This document shows, in pieces, positions 1 through 10,258 of a DNA stretch of 64,000 nucleotides. The position numbers were made by a program, and so were the translations under genes. Each line of letters opens with the position of its first letter. Positions within the stretch are counted from its first letter, which is position 1. Source of the stretch: Macrostomum lignano (lineage: Eukaryota); NCBI GenBank assembly GCA_002269645.1, contig NIVC01003819.1:1-64000 (forward strand), read 5' to 3'. A model generated the notes under the pieces. The model worked only from the letters and a program-made list of their open reading frames with translations. It ran no database searches and was not told the DNA's origin.

Positions 1-121
1 TACGAGTAGTGTCTTTATTTATGCTTGACTTTATGCTGTTGGCCAGAAATCCAAAATCAATGATCTGAAAACTGCAGCAGCAGCTGTTACAGCTTTGAGT
101 AGTGTCCACTAAAATAGCAGA

Positions 122-392
122 ACAGGCGGAAGCAGCACAGGCGGAAGCAGCACAGGCGGAAGCAGCACAGGCGGAAGCAGCACAGGCGGAAGCAGCACAG
201 GCGAAGCAGCACAGGCGGAAGCAGCACAGGGAAGCAGCACAGGCGGAAGCAGCACAGGCGGAAGCAGCACAGGCGGAAGCAGCACAGGCGAAGCAGCACA
301 GGCGGAAGCAGCACAGGCGGAAGCAGCACAGGCGGAAGCAGCACAGGCGGAAGCAGCACAGGCGGAAGCAGCACAGGCGGAAGCAGCACAGG
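122..392. repeat. 15-bp tandem repeat (CAGGCGGAAGCAGCA)n
   Basis: Directly visible array; it explains the low-complexity ORFs 87..431, 102..479 and 109..435. Confidence 0.9.
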
Positions 393-424
393 GGAAGCGG
401 CAGCGGCGGAAGCAGTTCGGGCCG

Positions 425-1010
425 GGCCCAATCAAGAGGCTGCAGGAGCAGCTTCAGTCTATTGCGCCAATGCCCTTAAATTCCGCTGACGGCCTCGTAT
501 TCCTCCATGTGTCTCAGCTGCGAGAGCAGGTCATCAACATACTGGCTGGAACTCAGGCCCGTCTGGATCAGCGGGCAGGGCAATCAGCCAGCTTGCTGTT
601 TGAACCTCTGAGTTCACTGGAGGAGTATGCTCGCTTCCTCACTGATTTGCCTTCTGAGCGAGTTTTGACTTTGGTAAGTTTCAGCGTTGACCTATTTTAA
701 TTAAAAAATTCCTCTACTTACTACTGCCTCTGAGGAGTCAGTAGTAAAAGTAGTTTAGTTTCTATATTAATCGAAATTAAGCTGTAACCCAACTTACTGT
801 CACTTCACTCAGATTAACCATCTACGTCTATGCCAGCGATTGGGCAACTGCAGTCACCGACATGGTCAATGTCATCCTGACGCCTCGACTGCAAGCATTT
901 GTCAATTTCAATGGACAGGGCATGCGGAACGGGTGTGCCAGTCTGTTGCAGCCACGGAGCCATCCGATTGGGAGCTCGCGTTTCAATCCAAGTTTTTGGG
1001 CTACATCCAA
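425..1010 (+). CDS. Internal/3' exons of an unidentified spliced gene (partial)
   Basis: Open frame GPIKRLQEQLQSIAPMPLNS...ERVLTL ends at donor TTG|GTAAGT (~672). An exon ~813..1010 (INHLRLCQRLG...KFLGYIQ) ends at CAAG|GTATGA. A possible terminal segment lies near 1187..1513, but its frame is unresolved. No family recognised. Confidence 0.4.
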
Positions 1011-1773
1011 GGTATGATATTCTGTGATTAAGCTAAATGCAGTTAACCCTTCTTACAATCTGTAACCCATAAAAACAATAATATTTATAAAGTTATTTTA
1101 CTCGAATATAGTCATTTATTTCTAGTATATGGATACCACACTCTTGTATAGTTATCGACCTATTTTGCATCCCTTGTTGGAATTGCAGACGTCGTCTCAG
1201 CAATTTACGGCACCAGAGCGGAGAACGGCAGGCCGTCTCAGGATGTGGTCGATAGCCAAGTGCCGGTGCCATGACGCCTTCAAATTCAATCAGCGCAAGA
1301 AGCGCAGCCTCGACTCCACAAGCCAGCGGGCTTTCGCAGGCCACCACATCTGCTACGCCGCAGCGGGCCCAGAAGCGGCCAGCTCCTACTCAGCAGCAGA
1401 GGGCAGCAAAGCGCCGCAGTGCGAATGTAAACAGAGCTGTTCGAGAAATGGATGATTTGATGGGTTCGAGTGACGATGAGTTCCGATGTCCCTCCGACTA
1501 CAGTGACAATTAAATGCTTAATATAGTTAAAATAGTATCAGAAATGTCAAAGCCTAGGCTAATTAAGGTGCTTTTTGTAAGATAATCAGCTTAGAAGAGT
1601 TGCTGCTTAATTATGCATGCATAGATATGCATAGGTCCGGGGTTTCAAGTTGGTAAAATAGGGTGAAGGACCTCGCATCGCTATTTGCTCCCCTATTTGA
1701 TTAAAAACTTCTGATCGTTGCACGGGCCCCTACTGTTGCTGGCTGAAGTGGGGGAAAGTTAACAACCGACTCG

Positions 1774-1960
1774 AAGTGGCGGATCTAGAATTTCATTTTA
1801 GGGGGCCCAAGTGTGGGGCGTCAATTTTTAAGCTAGGGGCGCAAAAATGTGTGCTGGGAGCGAAAATCAAGCTTGGGTTCTTAGGTTCTTGGGGCACAAT
1901 ATGTTTTATCAAGCAATTTTAAGAGGGGCGGCTGTCCCAATGCCCCTTAATCCACCCCTG
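1774..1960. mobile_element. Degenerate hAT-like MITE
   Basis: Imperfect TIRs AGTGGCGGATCTAG / TTAATCCACCCCTG; flanks CCGACTCG and CCGACGCA resemble an eroded 8-bp TSD. Confidence 0.4.
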
Positions 1961-2966
1961 CCGACGCACTTCACTCCTGATTTTGCTAATATTCAAATTT
2001 CTTTTTCAAGAATTGTTGCGCTTACTTATAAAATGTTGTAATGCCTTAAAATACTTGCAAATAATTCAATACGCGAACTATGACTTAAATATACATTACG
2101 GAGTTGCCTGCACCAGCAGGAACAAAATGAAGCGAACAAGTCTTTTAATTATTCTAATAGCCTCAATTACGAAGCCAAGGATCGCTAATATCCCGAAATC
2201 GAAAAAATCCAGAGAGCAAAAAAATCGTGAAAAAAGCTGAGCGAAATTAGCAAAAAAGAAATTTGTACTAATTATACTACTAATAGTAGGCTCATGAGCA
2301 AATTTCATCAGGCTCCGCCCAGCGGCGCCGCCCGGACGCCGGGGCGGAGGTCACGTAGCTCCATGGGGCGGCCGTCGCCCAAAAAAGGGCGGAGGCGCGG
2401 GCGGACATCGGGGCGGACTAAAAAAGACTACTTACAAAAGTAGCACACAAAGTATTTTACGACTCTAAATGCATCGTAACGAGAGCATGAGTTAGAATTT
2501 GGCGGGCTTAAGTCCAAACGCTTACAAGTTTAAAATAACTTAAAACACACACACCCCTCTGCGTGACCCTAAGCGACCCCTCGGAAATCTTGAAAATGTA
2601 ATGGAAATAAAATGGAAATAACGCGCCAACTCTTTTAGGCCAATTGTCTGACTGGAGTGTTCAGTTGCACCAACTAACCGAACCCTGTGCACGTCACACT
2701 GTTTATGTGTGACTGTCCAGTGCATTTTAGACCATTTGTTTATGAACTGTTAGCATGAAAATGCAGAGAAAAGTTATAAATAAGCATTGAGCGCGGCAGA
2801 ACCCAAAGTCATAGACAGAAACAAACCGAAGTCTGCAACAGAGCTCGCAGACTTTATCAGTTACCGCGCAGATAAAGAACTCAGCGCAGTTGATAAAATT
2901 AGCCAACTCAAGGCATTGAGTACGTGCTACCTGGCAAAGCTGGAAATTTTATGCGCCTTGTCTCCG

Positions 2967-4355
2967 ATGGCCGCCAACATCAGCACCAGAGACGCTTGGT
3001 TGATGGATCCGCATCTCGTCGATCCAGTCATTGGAGTTCGTCGCCTCCTGTACCTAGTGACTCCAGCGGAGACGACATTCGAAGCTGTGAACTCTGTGCC
3101 CAACCTCATTGACGAAAGCGTGCCCTACTTCCTGCTTCTCATCGGACTTGAGTACGCCATTCTAACACTGAAAGGCCGCAATAAGTCCATGCCGATCAAT
3201 GACAGTCTCATCTCGCTGACTATGGGGATATTTTCCCAGCTGCCTTTGTTGTTCACTCGCAGCGTTGAGGTCTCTGTTTACTTGTGGATCTGGGAGAACT
3301 GTCGCCTAGTGGACATTCCGGTTGACTCCACTCTTGCCTGGTTTGCCACTCTAATGGGCGTGGACTTCTGCTTCTACTGGGTGCACCGGGCCACGCACGA
3401 GGTCAACTTGATCTGGGCGTCACACCAAGTGCATCACAGTTCGGAGAGGTTCAACCTGACCACTGCTCTGCGACAGCCAGTGTTGCAGAGGTATCTGGTC
3501 TGGATCCTGTATACACCCCTGGCGCTCATCCTGCCGCCTCAACTGTTCGCTACTCACCTGCAGCTGAACATGATCTACCAGTTCTGGATTCACACCGAAA
3601 CTATACCCAAACTGCCCGAGCCGATTGAATTCGTGTTCAACACGCCGTCGCACCACCGAGTGCACCACGGCCGCAACGCCTACTGCATTGATCGCAACTA
3701 TGGTGGAGTGTTCATCCTGTTCGACCGGCTGTTTGGCACGTTTCGGGCAGAGCGAGACAACGAACCGCCCGTGTTCGGCCTGGTGACGCCGGAGTCGCAG
3801 TTTGACCCGCTATCGTTGCAGCTTGACCATCTGAAGCAGCTGGCTCAGTCGGTGAGGCTGCCTTATCTGTCCTGGACCGACCGGCTCAAACTGCTGGTCT
3901 ACGGGCCCAGCTGGCAGCCGGGAACAGCGGCTCGCCTGGGACCCGGTATTTACCCGGAGATTCGCTATCCAGTCAGGCCGTTGAATCCCCGGGTGCCTTC
4001 CTGGACCACCGCCTACGCCACTGTTCACTTCATAGCCGCACTAGCTGGCTACGGCTTCCTGACTGCGCACAGGTCGCAGCCGATGCTTCTGTTGGTTGGC
4101 TGCGCCGTCATCGTCTGGGCCCTCACCGGGGTGGCTCGCACGCTCGAGGACCGGGTTGGACTCGAGTTGACGGCCAAACGCGAACTGCTTCGATGCTCAG
4201 TCACGGCGGCGGTCTGCGCTCTGATGCAGCCCTGGCTGTGCGCCATCAGTCGCAGCCTCCTGATTGCTTTGTATTCTGCTTCGGCCGCCATGTGGCTGGG
4301 ACTGGGTACCCAGAGCTGTTTCCTGGCTTTGGCTTCGTCTGAGAAAATCTATTGA
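2967..4355 (+). CDS. AGMO: Alkylglycerol monooxygenase-like (fatty acid hydroxylase/sterol desaturase superfamily), intronless, ~462 aa
   Basis: Di-iron His boxes HRATH, HQVHH and HHRVHH; FNLTTALRQ, QFWIHTE and IDRNYGGVFILFDRLFGTF motifs; hydrophobic segments. First ATG is at 2967 (the ORF track starts at a TTG, 2787). Confidence 0.88.
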   Translation: MAANISTRDAWLMDPHLVDPVIGVRRLLYLVTPAETTFEAVNSVPNLIDESVPYFLLLIGLEYAILTLKGRNKSMPINDSLISLTMGIFSQLPLLFTRSVEVSVYLWIWENCRLVDIPVDSTLAWFATLMGVDFCFYWVHRATHEVNLIWASHQVHHSSERFNLTTALRQPVLQRYLVWILYTPLALILPPQLFATHLQLNMIYQFWIHTETIPKLPEPIEFVFNTPSHHRVHHGRNAYCIDRNYGGVFILFDRLFGTFRAERDNEPPVFGLVTPESQFDPLSLQLDHLKQLAQSVRLPYLSWTDRLKLLVYGPSWQPGTAARLGPGIYPEIRYPVRPLNPRVPSWTTAYATVHFIAALAGYGFLTAHRSQPMLLLVGCAVIVWALTGVARTLEDRVGLELTAKRELLRCSVTAAVCALMQPWLCAISRSLLIALYSASAAMWLGLGTQSCFLALASSEKIY

Positions 4356-4533
4356 GTCACGGAAATGCTTTTCATCATTCTTGTATAGTCTTGTATATTT
4401 CCATCATGATTTTTCATAAGCTATAGCTACTATACTACCAATGTATCATTAAATAGTGTAATTTTGCACGAGGACAGTAAATAAACAATAGTATCGATCA
4501 GTAGCAAATATATCAGTCAGTGTGCTAGATTGA

Positions 4534-6276
4534 TTAGGTCTTGACAAAAGTTAAAGTCCATTGACGGCGTTGCTCTGTTCTGTTGACAAAAATTCTAGCT
4601 ACGAATGCAACGGAATACTCTACCACGAAGTAAGCGCTTAACCGGTTAGCCAGGGCAATATGCCGCAAATTGTCCCATATCGTAGACATGCGATCGGCCA
4701 TGATCGCGATGAGAAAGTTGAAGAAAAACAAATTTATTAGCATGTGCATTAGCATCGAGAATGTTCCCAGTCGTTCGTAGGAATGCTGCGAAATTGTGCT
4801 AAACACCAGGCTTTTGTAGACGGCAGTCCAGATGCTAATTAAGTGGCTCTGCGACTCGTGATTGAAGCTTGGTTCGCATGGAATTATGGCCGCAATGATC
4901 CACGAGCAGAGAATTATGACTACGAATATGACGACCATAAAACCGCTAAACACTATGCCGGTTTTCCACACCAGGCATATGTGATCAGCAACCAGGGTCC
5001 AATCGTAGATTGTGGTAAACAACGTCACCCAGCAGCTGACGAAAACCAATATATCAACAAAGTAGATCTCCGAAGTGCTGGCCACGCTGCTCTTCCAAAA
5101 GTCCTCTCCGAATGTTGCCGGCACAGGGTCCATGGGCTTAGATATATTAGAAAAGTAATAGTACACAGCTGCAATGTTAATAAGTACGACCACTATTGAC
5201 TGGGTGAATTTTGACTCGACCAGAGTGTAGCGCAGAAACATTCTCCAAGACGACTTGCCGCACCTGGCTACAGCCAGGTACATCGATACCGCCAAGAACA
5301 CCATAAATGCGTCAGCGCTGACCACCGATATGGCCATGAACGACAGAGTTCTGACGCTCGCCGTAATGCAGCTTGAGCTTGAGAGAAAGCTGAATATTTG
5401 AAGCATCGCGCAATCTCGGGTAGCATTTTTGTCCTGGAGAGCTTCTGAGAAACTGGAGCCAAAGTAGAGCGTCCGGTAGATGCTGACGGTACCAAAGAAT
5501 AGGAAGATGCACTTGAACAGGAATACGGCCACTATCTTGACGGCAATTGGCATCCTGTACCGATGAACCATGTGCTGTGTCCAACTAGTGATTGAATCGG
5601 AATCTAGGAAATCCTTTGCAGCCTGACTGACTCTCAGATCCTCGGCAACAATCTCGGCGAGCGCGTTGAGTGGATTCTTATACAGCCGACCGCCCCAGGG
5701 AAAACTGTAATCTGTCAAGTCCAGCGAATATTCTCGCAAGCCCACGGCCTGGACTGCGCTAGTAGTGTACCTTGGCGAGCTCAGAATCCAGCCGGCGACG
5801 CGCAGCTGCTTGTGAATCACGGCCCACTCCAGGGCGTTGTATCCGTCTGATTCAGCGTCACAGCAGCGCAGAAGGAAATCGCAATGCTTCCTGGAACTCA
5901 GTTCCTCAAGGAAGCGTACAGCAGCCAATTCTTTGTCCCAATCAGATGGCACTATCGATAGCTGATAGATGAGGCAATGCAGAGGACAGGTGCTCGACAG
6001 CAGATTCACTGACTCATCTTTGTAGCTGAGTAGCTCATTTAGACAGTTAATAGCCAGAGTACAGAAGGCGACCTCAACAACTGTAGATTGTCTGTTGAGC
6101 AGAGACAGGTCACTTCTACAACGAAACTCCAATGGGTCTTCAGGGGTACCATATTGTGTCCTCAACTGCAGCAAGAGTATCTCGCTGGCGTGCCAAACTC
6201 TTTCGGAATCTTTCATGAAAACTGTGAGTTGCTCCACGTCGTCATTGTGCAAGATGTTGAGTAGCTTAGACTCCAT
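4534..6276 (-). CDS. Divergent ankyrin-repeat TRP (TRPV-like) channel subunit, intronless, 580 aa
   Basis: Ankyrin-like GYNALEWAVIHKQLRVAGWIL; about six hydrophobic segments; S6-like LFFFNFLIAIMADRMSTI resembles the TRPV LLxNMLIAMMGDT motif. Confidence 0.65.
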   Translation of the reverse strand: MESKLLNILHNDDVEQLTVFMKDSERVWHASEILLLQLRTQYGTPEDPLEFRCRSDLSLLNRQSTVVEVAFCTLAINCLNELLSYKDESVNLLSSTCPLHCLIYQLSIVPSDWDKELAAVRFLEELSSRKHCDFLLRCCDAESDGYNALEWAVIHKQLRVAGWILSSPRYTTSAVQAVGLREYSLDLTDYSFPWGGRLYKNPLNALAEIVAEDLRVSQAAKDFLDSDSITSWTQHMVHRYRMPIAVKIVAVFLFKCIFLFFGTVSIYRTLYFGSSFSEALQDKNATRDCAMLQIFSFLSSSSCITASVRTLSFMAISVVSADAFMVFLAVSMYLAVARCGKSSWRMFLRYTLVESKFTQSIVVVLINIAAVYYYFSNISKPMDPVPATFGEDFWKSSVASTSEIYFVDILVFVSCWVTLFTTIYDWTLVADHICLVWKTGIVFSGFMVVIFVVIILCSWIIAAIIPCEPSFNHESQSHLISIWTAVYKSLVFSTISQHSYERLGTFSMLMHMLINLFFFNFLIAIMADRMSTIWDNLRHIALANRLSAYFVVEYSVAFVARIFVNRTEQRRQWTLTFVKT

Positions 6277-7231
6277 GCTTCGTCAAGAGAGGTTTGGACA
6301 ACTATGATTGCATTTGCCGTGCAAACTTTGTTAATATAGCAGCATTCCTATCAAAAGTAAATATGAGTTGTCATAACTGTTTGTTCAGTCCGAAAATTTC
6401 CTGGATGAATTGAGTAGTATTATTGCATTTCGACAAGAGCTTTGCAAACATCAGTAACTTAGCCTATTGGAGCTTAATAATTTTCGAAGTCTCACGAATC
6501 TTTTCTTATTAATTCAGTATGGAAAACTAATATGCTTGAACTGCAGTAATTTCATGCTTTTGTAAAGTTGCAAAGTATATTTCAGTGCAGATTCATTTGA
6601 TCTATGAAAACTTAAACTTCAATGGGTCATGCTTTGGTTCAAAGTTCAAAAAGTAGCATTCAACCTCCAAATTAAAGGGCATATACATGTATTTTCGAGA
6701 TACTATCAATTTGGTGGCCTTGACTTGCCATTCAGTGCAAAAAAGTTCACGCAAAACGGTGCTGAATGAAATCTTCCATAATAAATAGTCGATCATCGCT
6801 ATGCTGTAATAATTGTTTCGATTCATCTGCCTACCGTGATGACAGATCGATCTACACACCTTTTAGTTTGTAACAACAGGTTACGTTTGCACTCTGTATT
6901 CCCCTGGCCCACCTAATCCTCCATTTCTTCATTTTCTAGCTCTTCTGCTTCTATATTCTTTGACCCCTATCTACAAGACCTCCAGAATTGTCTCACTGTG
7001 TCACTGTCTCTATACTTCATCACTGGCAACGAAGACCTTGGAGAGCATCACGTGACTCCATAATTTTTAGCGCTTCATAATCCTCATACTTTAATTTAAG
7101 TTCTAACATGCTTACCAACGCCTTTCTTGCTCCCTAATTACGCCCGGAGCATGTCTATGCTCCAAACACCGATCTCTCTAACGGTGCAGTCTAGCTCGTA
7201 TGCATATGTACAGTATGGTGTGTGCCTATGT

Positions 7232-7505
7232 CAGGGGTCGTAAAGCTTTTTAATTCAAGGGCCAGATAAGAATCTAGATCATTGCTGCCGGCCAGATACG
7301 AGTGTAAATTGGATATGAAATAGAGGAGAGACAGAAGAAGAGATTTGAGATGAGAGAAGAGATGAGGTATATGTAGAAGATAAGAGAGAGAAGAGAGGAG
7401 AGAGTAGAGGAGAGAAAAGAGAAAAGAAAAGAGAGAGGAGAGAACTTAGAAGAGACACCAACCTTGAGCGGGCCGGATTGAGATGCAGGAGTTTTCCGAT
7501 GCCTG
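7232..7505. mobile_element. hAT/Charlie-type non-autonomous MITE
   Basis: Ends CAGGGGTCGTAAAGCT and AGTTTTCCGATGCCTG (imperfect TIR); 8-bp TSD GCCTATGT / GCCAATGT (7 of 8 match); internal GA-rich simple repeat. A related end occurs at 62727. Confidence 0.65.
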
Positions 7506-8333
7506 GCCAATGTTAATTTGGTTCCCTTTGATAAAACAAAACAAGTTAACTAGATTTACTAAGGCTACATCAGCAGAATTGAAATTAAATACATCGATAA
7601 AATCAATGTAACTACTCACCAGTTAAATGGAAAGCAATTCGGTAACAGGTGTTTCCGAAATCACTAATTAGTTAAAAACTGTTGAAAATTCTAATTAGAG
7701 TAGCACATGCAGCAAAACTTCAAGAGTACATATTTTGTACGAGCGAAATATAAGCATTCTTGTAAAATATGTAAACAGTCAGACAACGAAGAAAGAACAC
7801 TTATGTCAAATTTAAATTGCATTTATACACTACTAACTTTACGTATTAAACTACTACGCGGAGATTGGAAATGTTCGATAAAAATGCACAGAAAGCAAGA
7901 AATTTAAAGGCTAGGAGCAAACCTGTTATACAACACAATAAAAAAAGTTCAAGTTTTTGTCGTATTGCTTTTATACATTTATTGCTTCTATATTTTATAG
8001 CTTTTTATCTCTTTTTAGGGAAACTGAGATTTAACTGAGAAAATACATTACGGAAATTAGGATCCAGGTTTTCATTTTTTCAGTACAAAAATTGCTATTG
8101 CTTTTAATAGTAGGTAGACTCAGTGTTCACGTCACTGCTCATATTTTGATATGTCTTGCCTTTGTTATAGCTCTATTGATATTCATAAAGCTTTCTGTTT
8201 AGAAAATTAGGATTCTTATGTTAATTTTATATCCTTACGTGTCCAGTGCGCAAAATTCATAAAAATGGCACGGCTGGACTCTGCTTTTATGGATCTATTC
8301 TATCATTCTTAGCTATCTGTGTTGTAGCCTAGA

Positions 8334-8643
8334 GGGGGTTGCAGCCTAGTGGTCAGAGCGTCGGACTCACGACTGAAAGGTCGGGGGTTCGATTCCCGAT
8401 CCCACTGGAACAATTTGTGTCCTTGAGCAAGAGACACTTAACTCTGCATTGTTTCAGTTCACCCAGCTGTAAAATGGGTGCCAGCATTAGCTGGGGTAAT
8501 TGAGGCTGTGTGGCGACCCCCAGTCCTTGGACTGAACAGCCGTACGCAGCCTTCAGATGCGCCGCGCAATAGCTGCGGCTGAGCTGTCGGTTGCACATCT
8601 GCCCATTAGGGCAGGTGTAATCAATTATTATTATTATTATGAT
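8334..8643 (+). mobile_element. tRNA-derived SINE with CORE-like body, copy 1
   Basis: A box (CAGCCTAGTGG), B box (GGTTCGATTCCC), MIR/CORE-like TGTGTCCTTGAGCAAG..ACTTAAC..CTGTAAAATGGG and an (ATT)n tail; near-identical copies at 50187 and 51533. Confidence 0.85.
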
Positions 8644-8700
8644 GTAACAGAACGATAAAATGAAAACCTCCAGTAGTCCGACTCCTTGTCTATACGCGAA

Positions 8701-9522
8701 TCAGTCGTGAGACTTAACAAACGTCATGAGACCATTGAGCTGTTCAACTGAATTGAGCAGCTCATCCGCTGGTACGATGTGCTGGTACTCCGACGGCAGC
8801 AACCGCTCCGGTCCGCGGTACACAGTCACTTCCAGCTGCCGGCTGACAACAATGCTGTTCTGAACAGACGGAGGCGGTCCAACTGAGATCTGCATGATGT
8901 TGAAGCTGCTGTCAGTTAAAAGCGTGGCAAATCCAGCCGGTTTGCTGCTCTTGCGTCTGTCCTCAAATTTCTGCACTAAATCGCCGAACTTATCAATTGA
9001 GCTAGCATTGAAGAGCTCCATATGTTCTTGAAACACGGATTCTGTGATGGCGTTGGGCTGGCGACGTCGAAGAGGCAGAGGCTTGACTTTCTTGCACTTT
9101 TTCGCGCTCTTCTTAATTGTTGAATTAGACTTAGTAGGGCTAGTAGACGTAGACTTACACTTGGATTTAAGCTTCGCCTGCGAAGCCTTGGCACCGCCAA
9201 CATCACCGAATTGGGTGGGGACCGCTTCCCGTTTCAGTCTCCGGTTGGACAGAATGACAGGCTCGTGCGTGTAGCCAGACTTTTTCCTCTTCCTTCGCGC
9301 GTTGGTGTCCTGACTCTCCGTGACAAAGTCGGACTCGAGAAAGTGCAACGAGCAGACTCGAGTCTGCTTGCCAGGCTGGTATGTCGGCTCCCTAGACATT
9401 TGTTGCAGCCATTGCGCTAGAACGCCTTGGTCCGTAGGGAACTTGTGAAAGGACACGCTCGCCGGAGTTACGTGCGAGTCGTAGCCAGACTTGCAACCAG
9501 CTACGGTGCACTTGCATGGCAT
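8701..9522 (-). CDS. THAP-domain (C2CH zinc finger) protein, ~273 aa
   Basis: CTVAGC...FHKFP...QW...VCSLHF...DF has all THAP signature residues; basic NLS-like RRKRKK; ATG at 9522. Confidence 0.8.
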   Translation of the reverse strand: MPCKCTVAGCKSGYDSHVTPASVSFHKFPTDQGVLAQWLQQMSREPTYQPGKQTRVCSLHFLESDFVTESQDTNARRKRKKSGYTHEPVILSNRRLKREAVPTQFGDVGGAKASQAKLKSKCKSTSTSPTKSNSTIKKSAKKCKKVKPLPLRRRQPNAITESVFQEHMELFNASSIDKFGDLVQKFEDRRKSSKPAGFATLLTDSSFNIMQISVGPPPSVQNSIVVSRQLEVTVYRGPERLLPSEYQHIVPADELLNSVEQLNGLMTFVKSHD

Positions 9523-10258
9523 TTTGGTGCGGATTGCAGAACAACAGGCAAAATCTGGCAAGACGCTAAGCTGGGAAAGCTAGCGAGACTGTGGAGTTCA
9601 GAGTGACTATGGCTATTTCGCTTCTCTGTCATTTGAAGGGAAAGAAGTTGAGGGTTGACGGGGAGTAAAAACTGGGTCTGAAATTGTGAATGTACATATA
9701 CAGATTTTAAAGCAAGCATACGAACTGAGTGAGTCAGCCCTCCCCCCGCCTTAACGGTGGGAAAACAAGCCACCCATGGGGCAAGGTCCAACGATTCTAT
9801 AAATAGAACTACCCTCCAATGGAAGACTTTAGATGAGAGAATCCATGGGGGGCCCCCAAGGCCAAGAAGGGTTTGGAAAAAAGTTAAGAACACAGTGAAG
9901 AATGAATGTACATGATGAATGTACATTACTCTTGAAATTTCTTTCCAACCGTGCGCGAAGGAAGGAGACTGAAATGTCTCCTGTTCTGCATACATGAGAC
10001 TAACTGTAATTTGACCAATCCGTACTTAGCTCAGCGCGTGGAAATTTCCTAATTCCATTTCATATCTCTTAACGACTTAGTCTCTACTTGCTTAAAATGC
10101 GCGCAAATCTTATTGGATATTAGATAAACCCAAAATTTACTAATTGCCACACTGTTCAAGTTAGAATCGCTAAAGCAAACTGTTTGCACCGTTTATTCTC
10201 ATTCGCAAATTGGCACCCCAGTACAGATTAACGAAGTTTTAAACCCCAAAGACTTGAA

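Noticed and set aside
2787-2966. N-terminal extension of AGMO
   Set aside because: It starts at TTG; family similarity begins only after the ATG at 2967.
8334-8410. tRNA gene (also at 50187 and 51760-51836)
   Set aside because: A and B boxes are present but there is no proper acceptor stem or T-run terminator; the sequence continues into a shared SINE body and tail.
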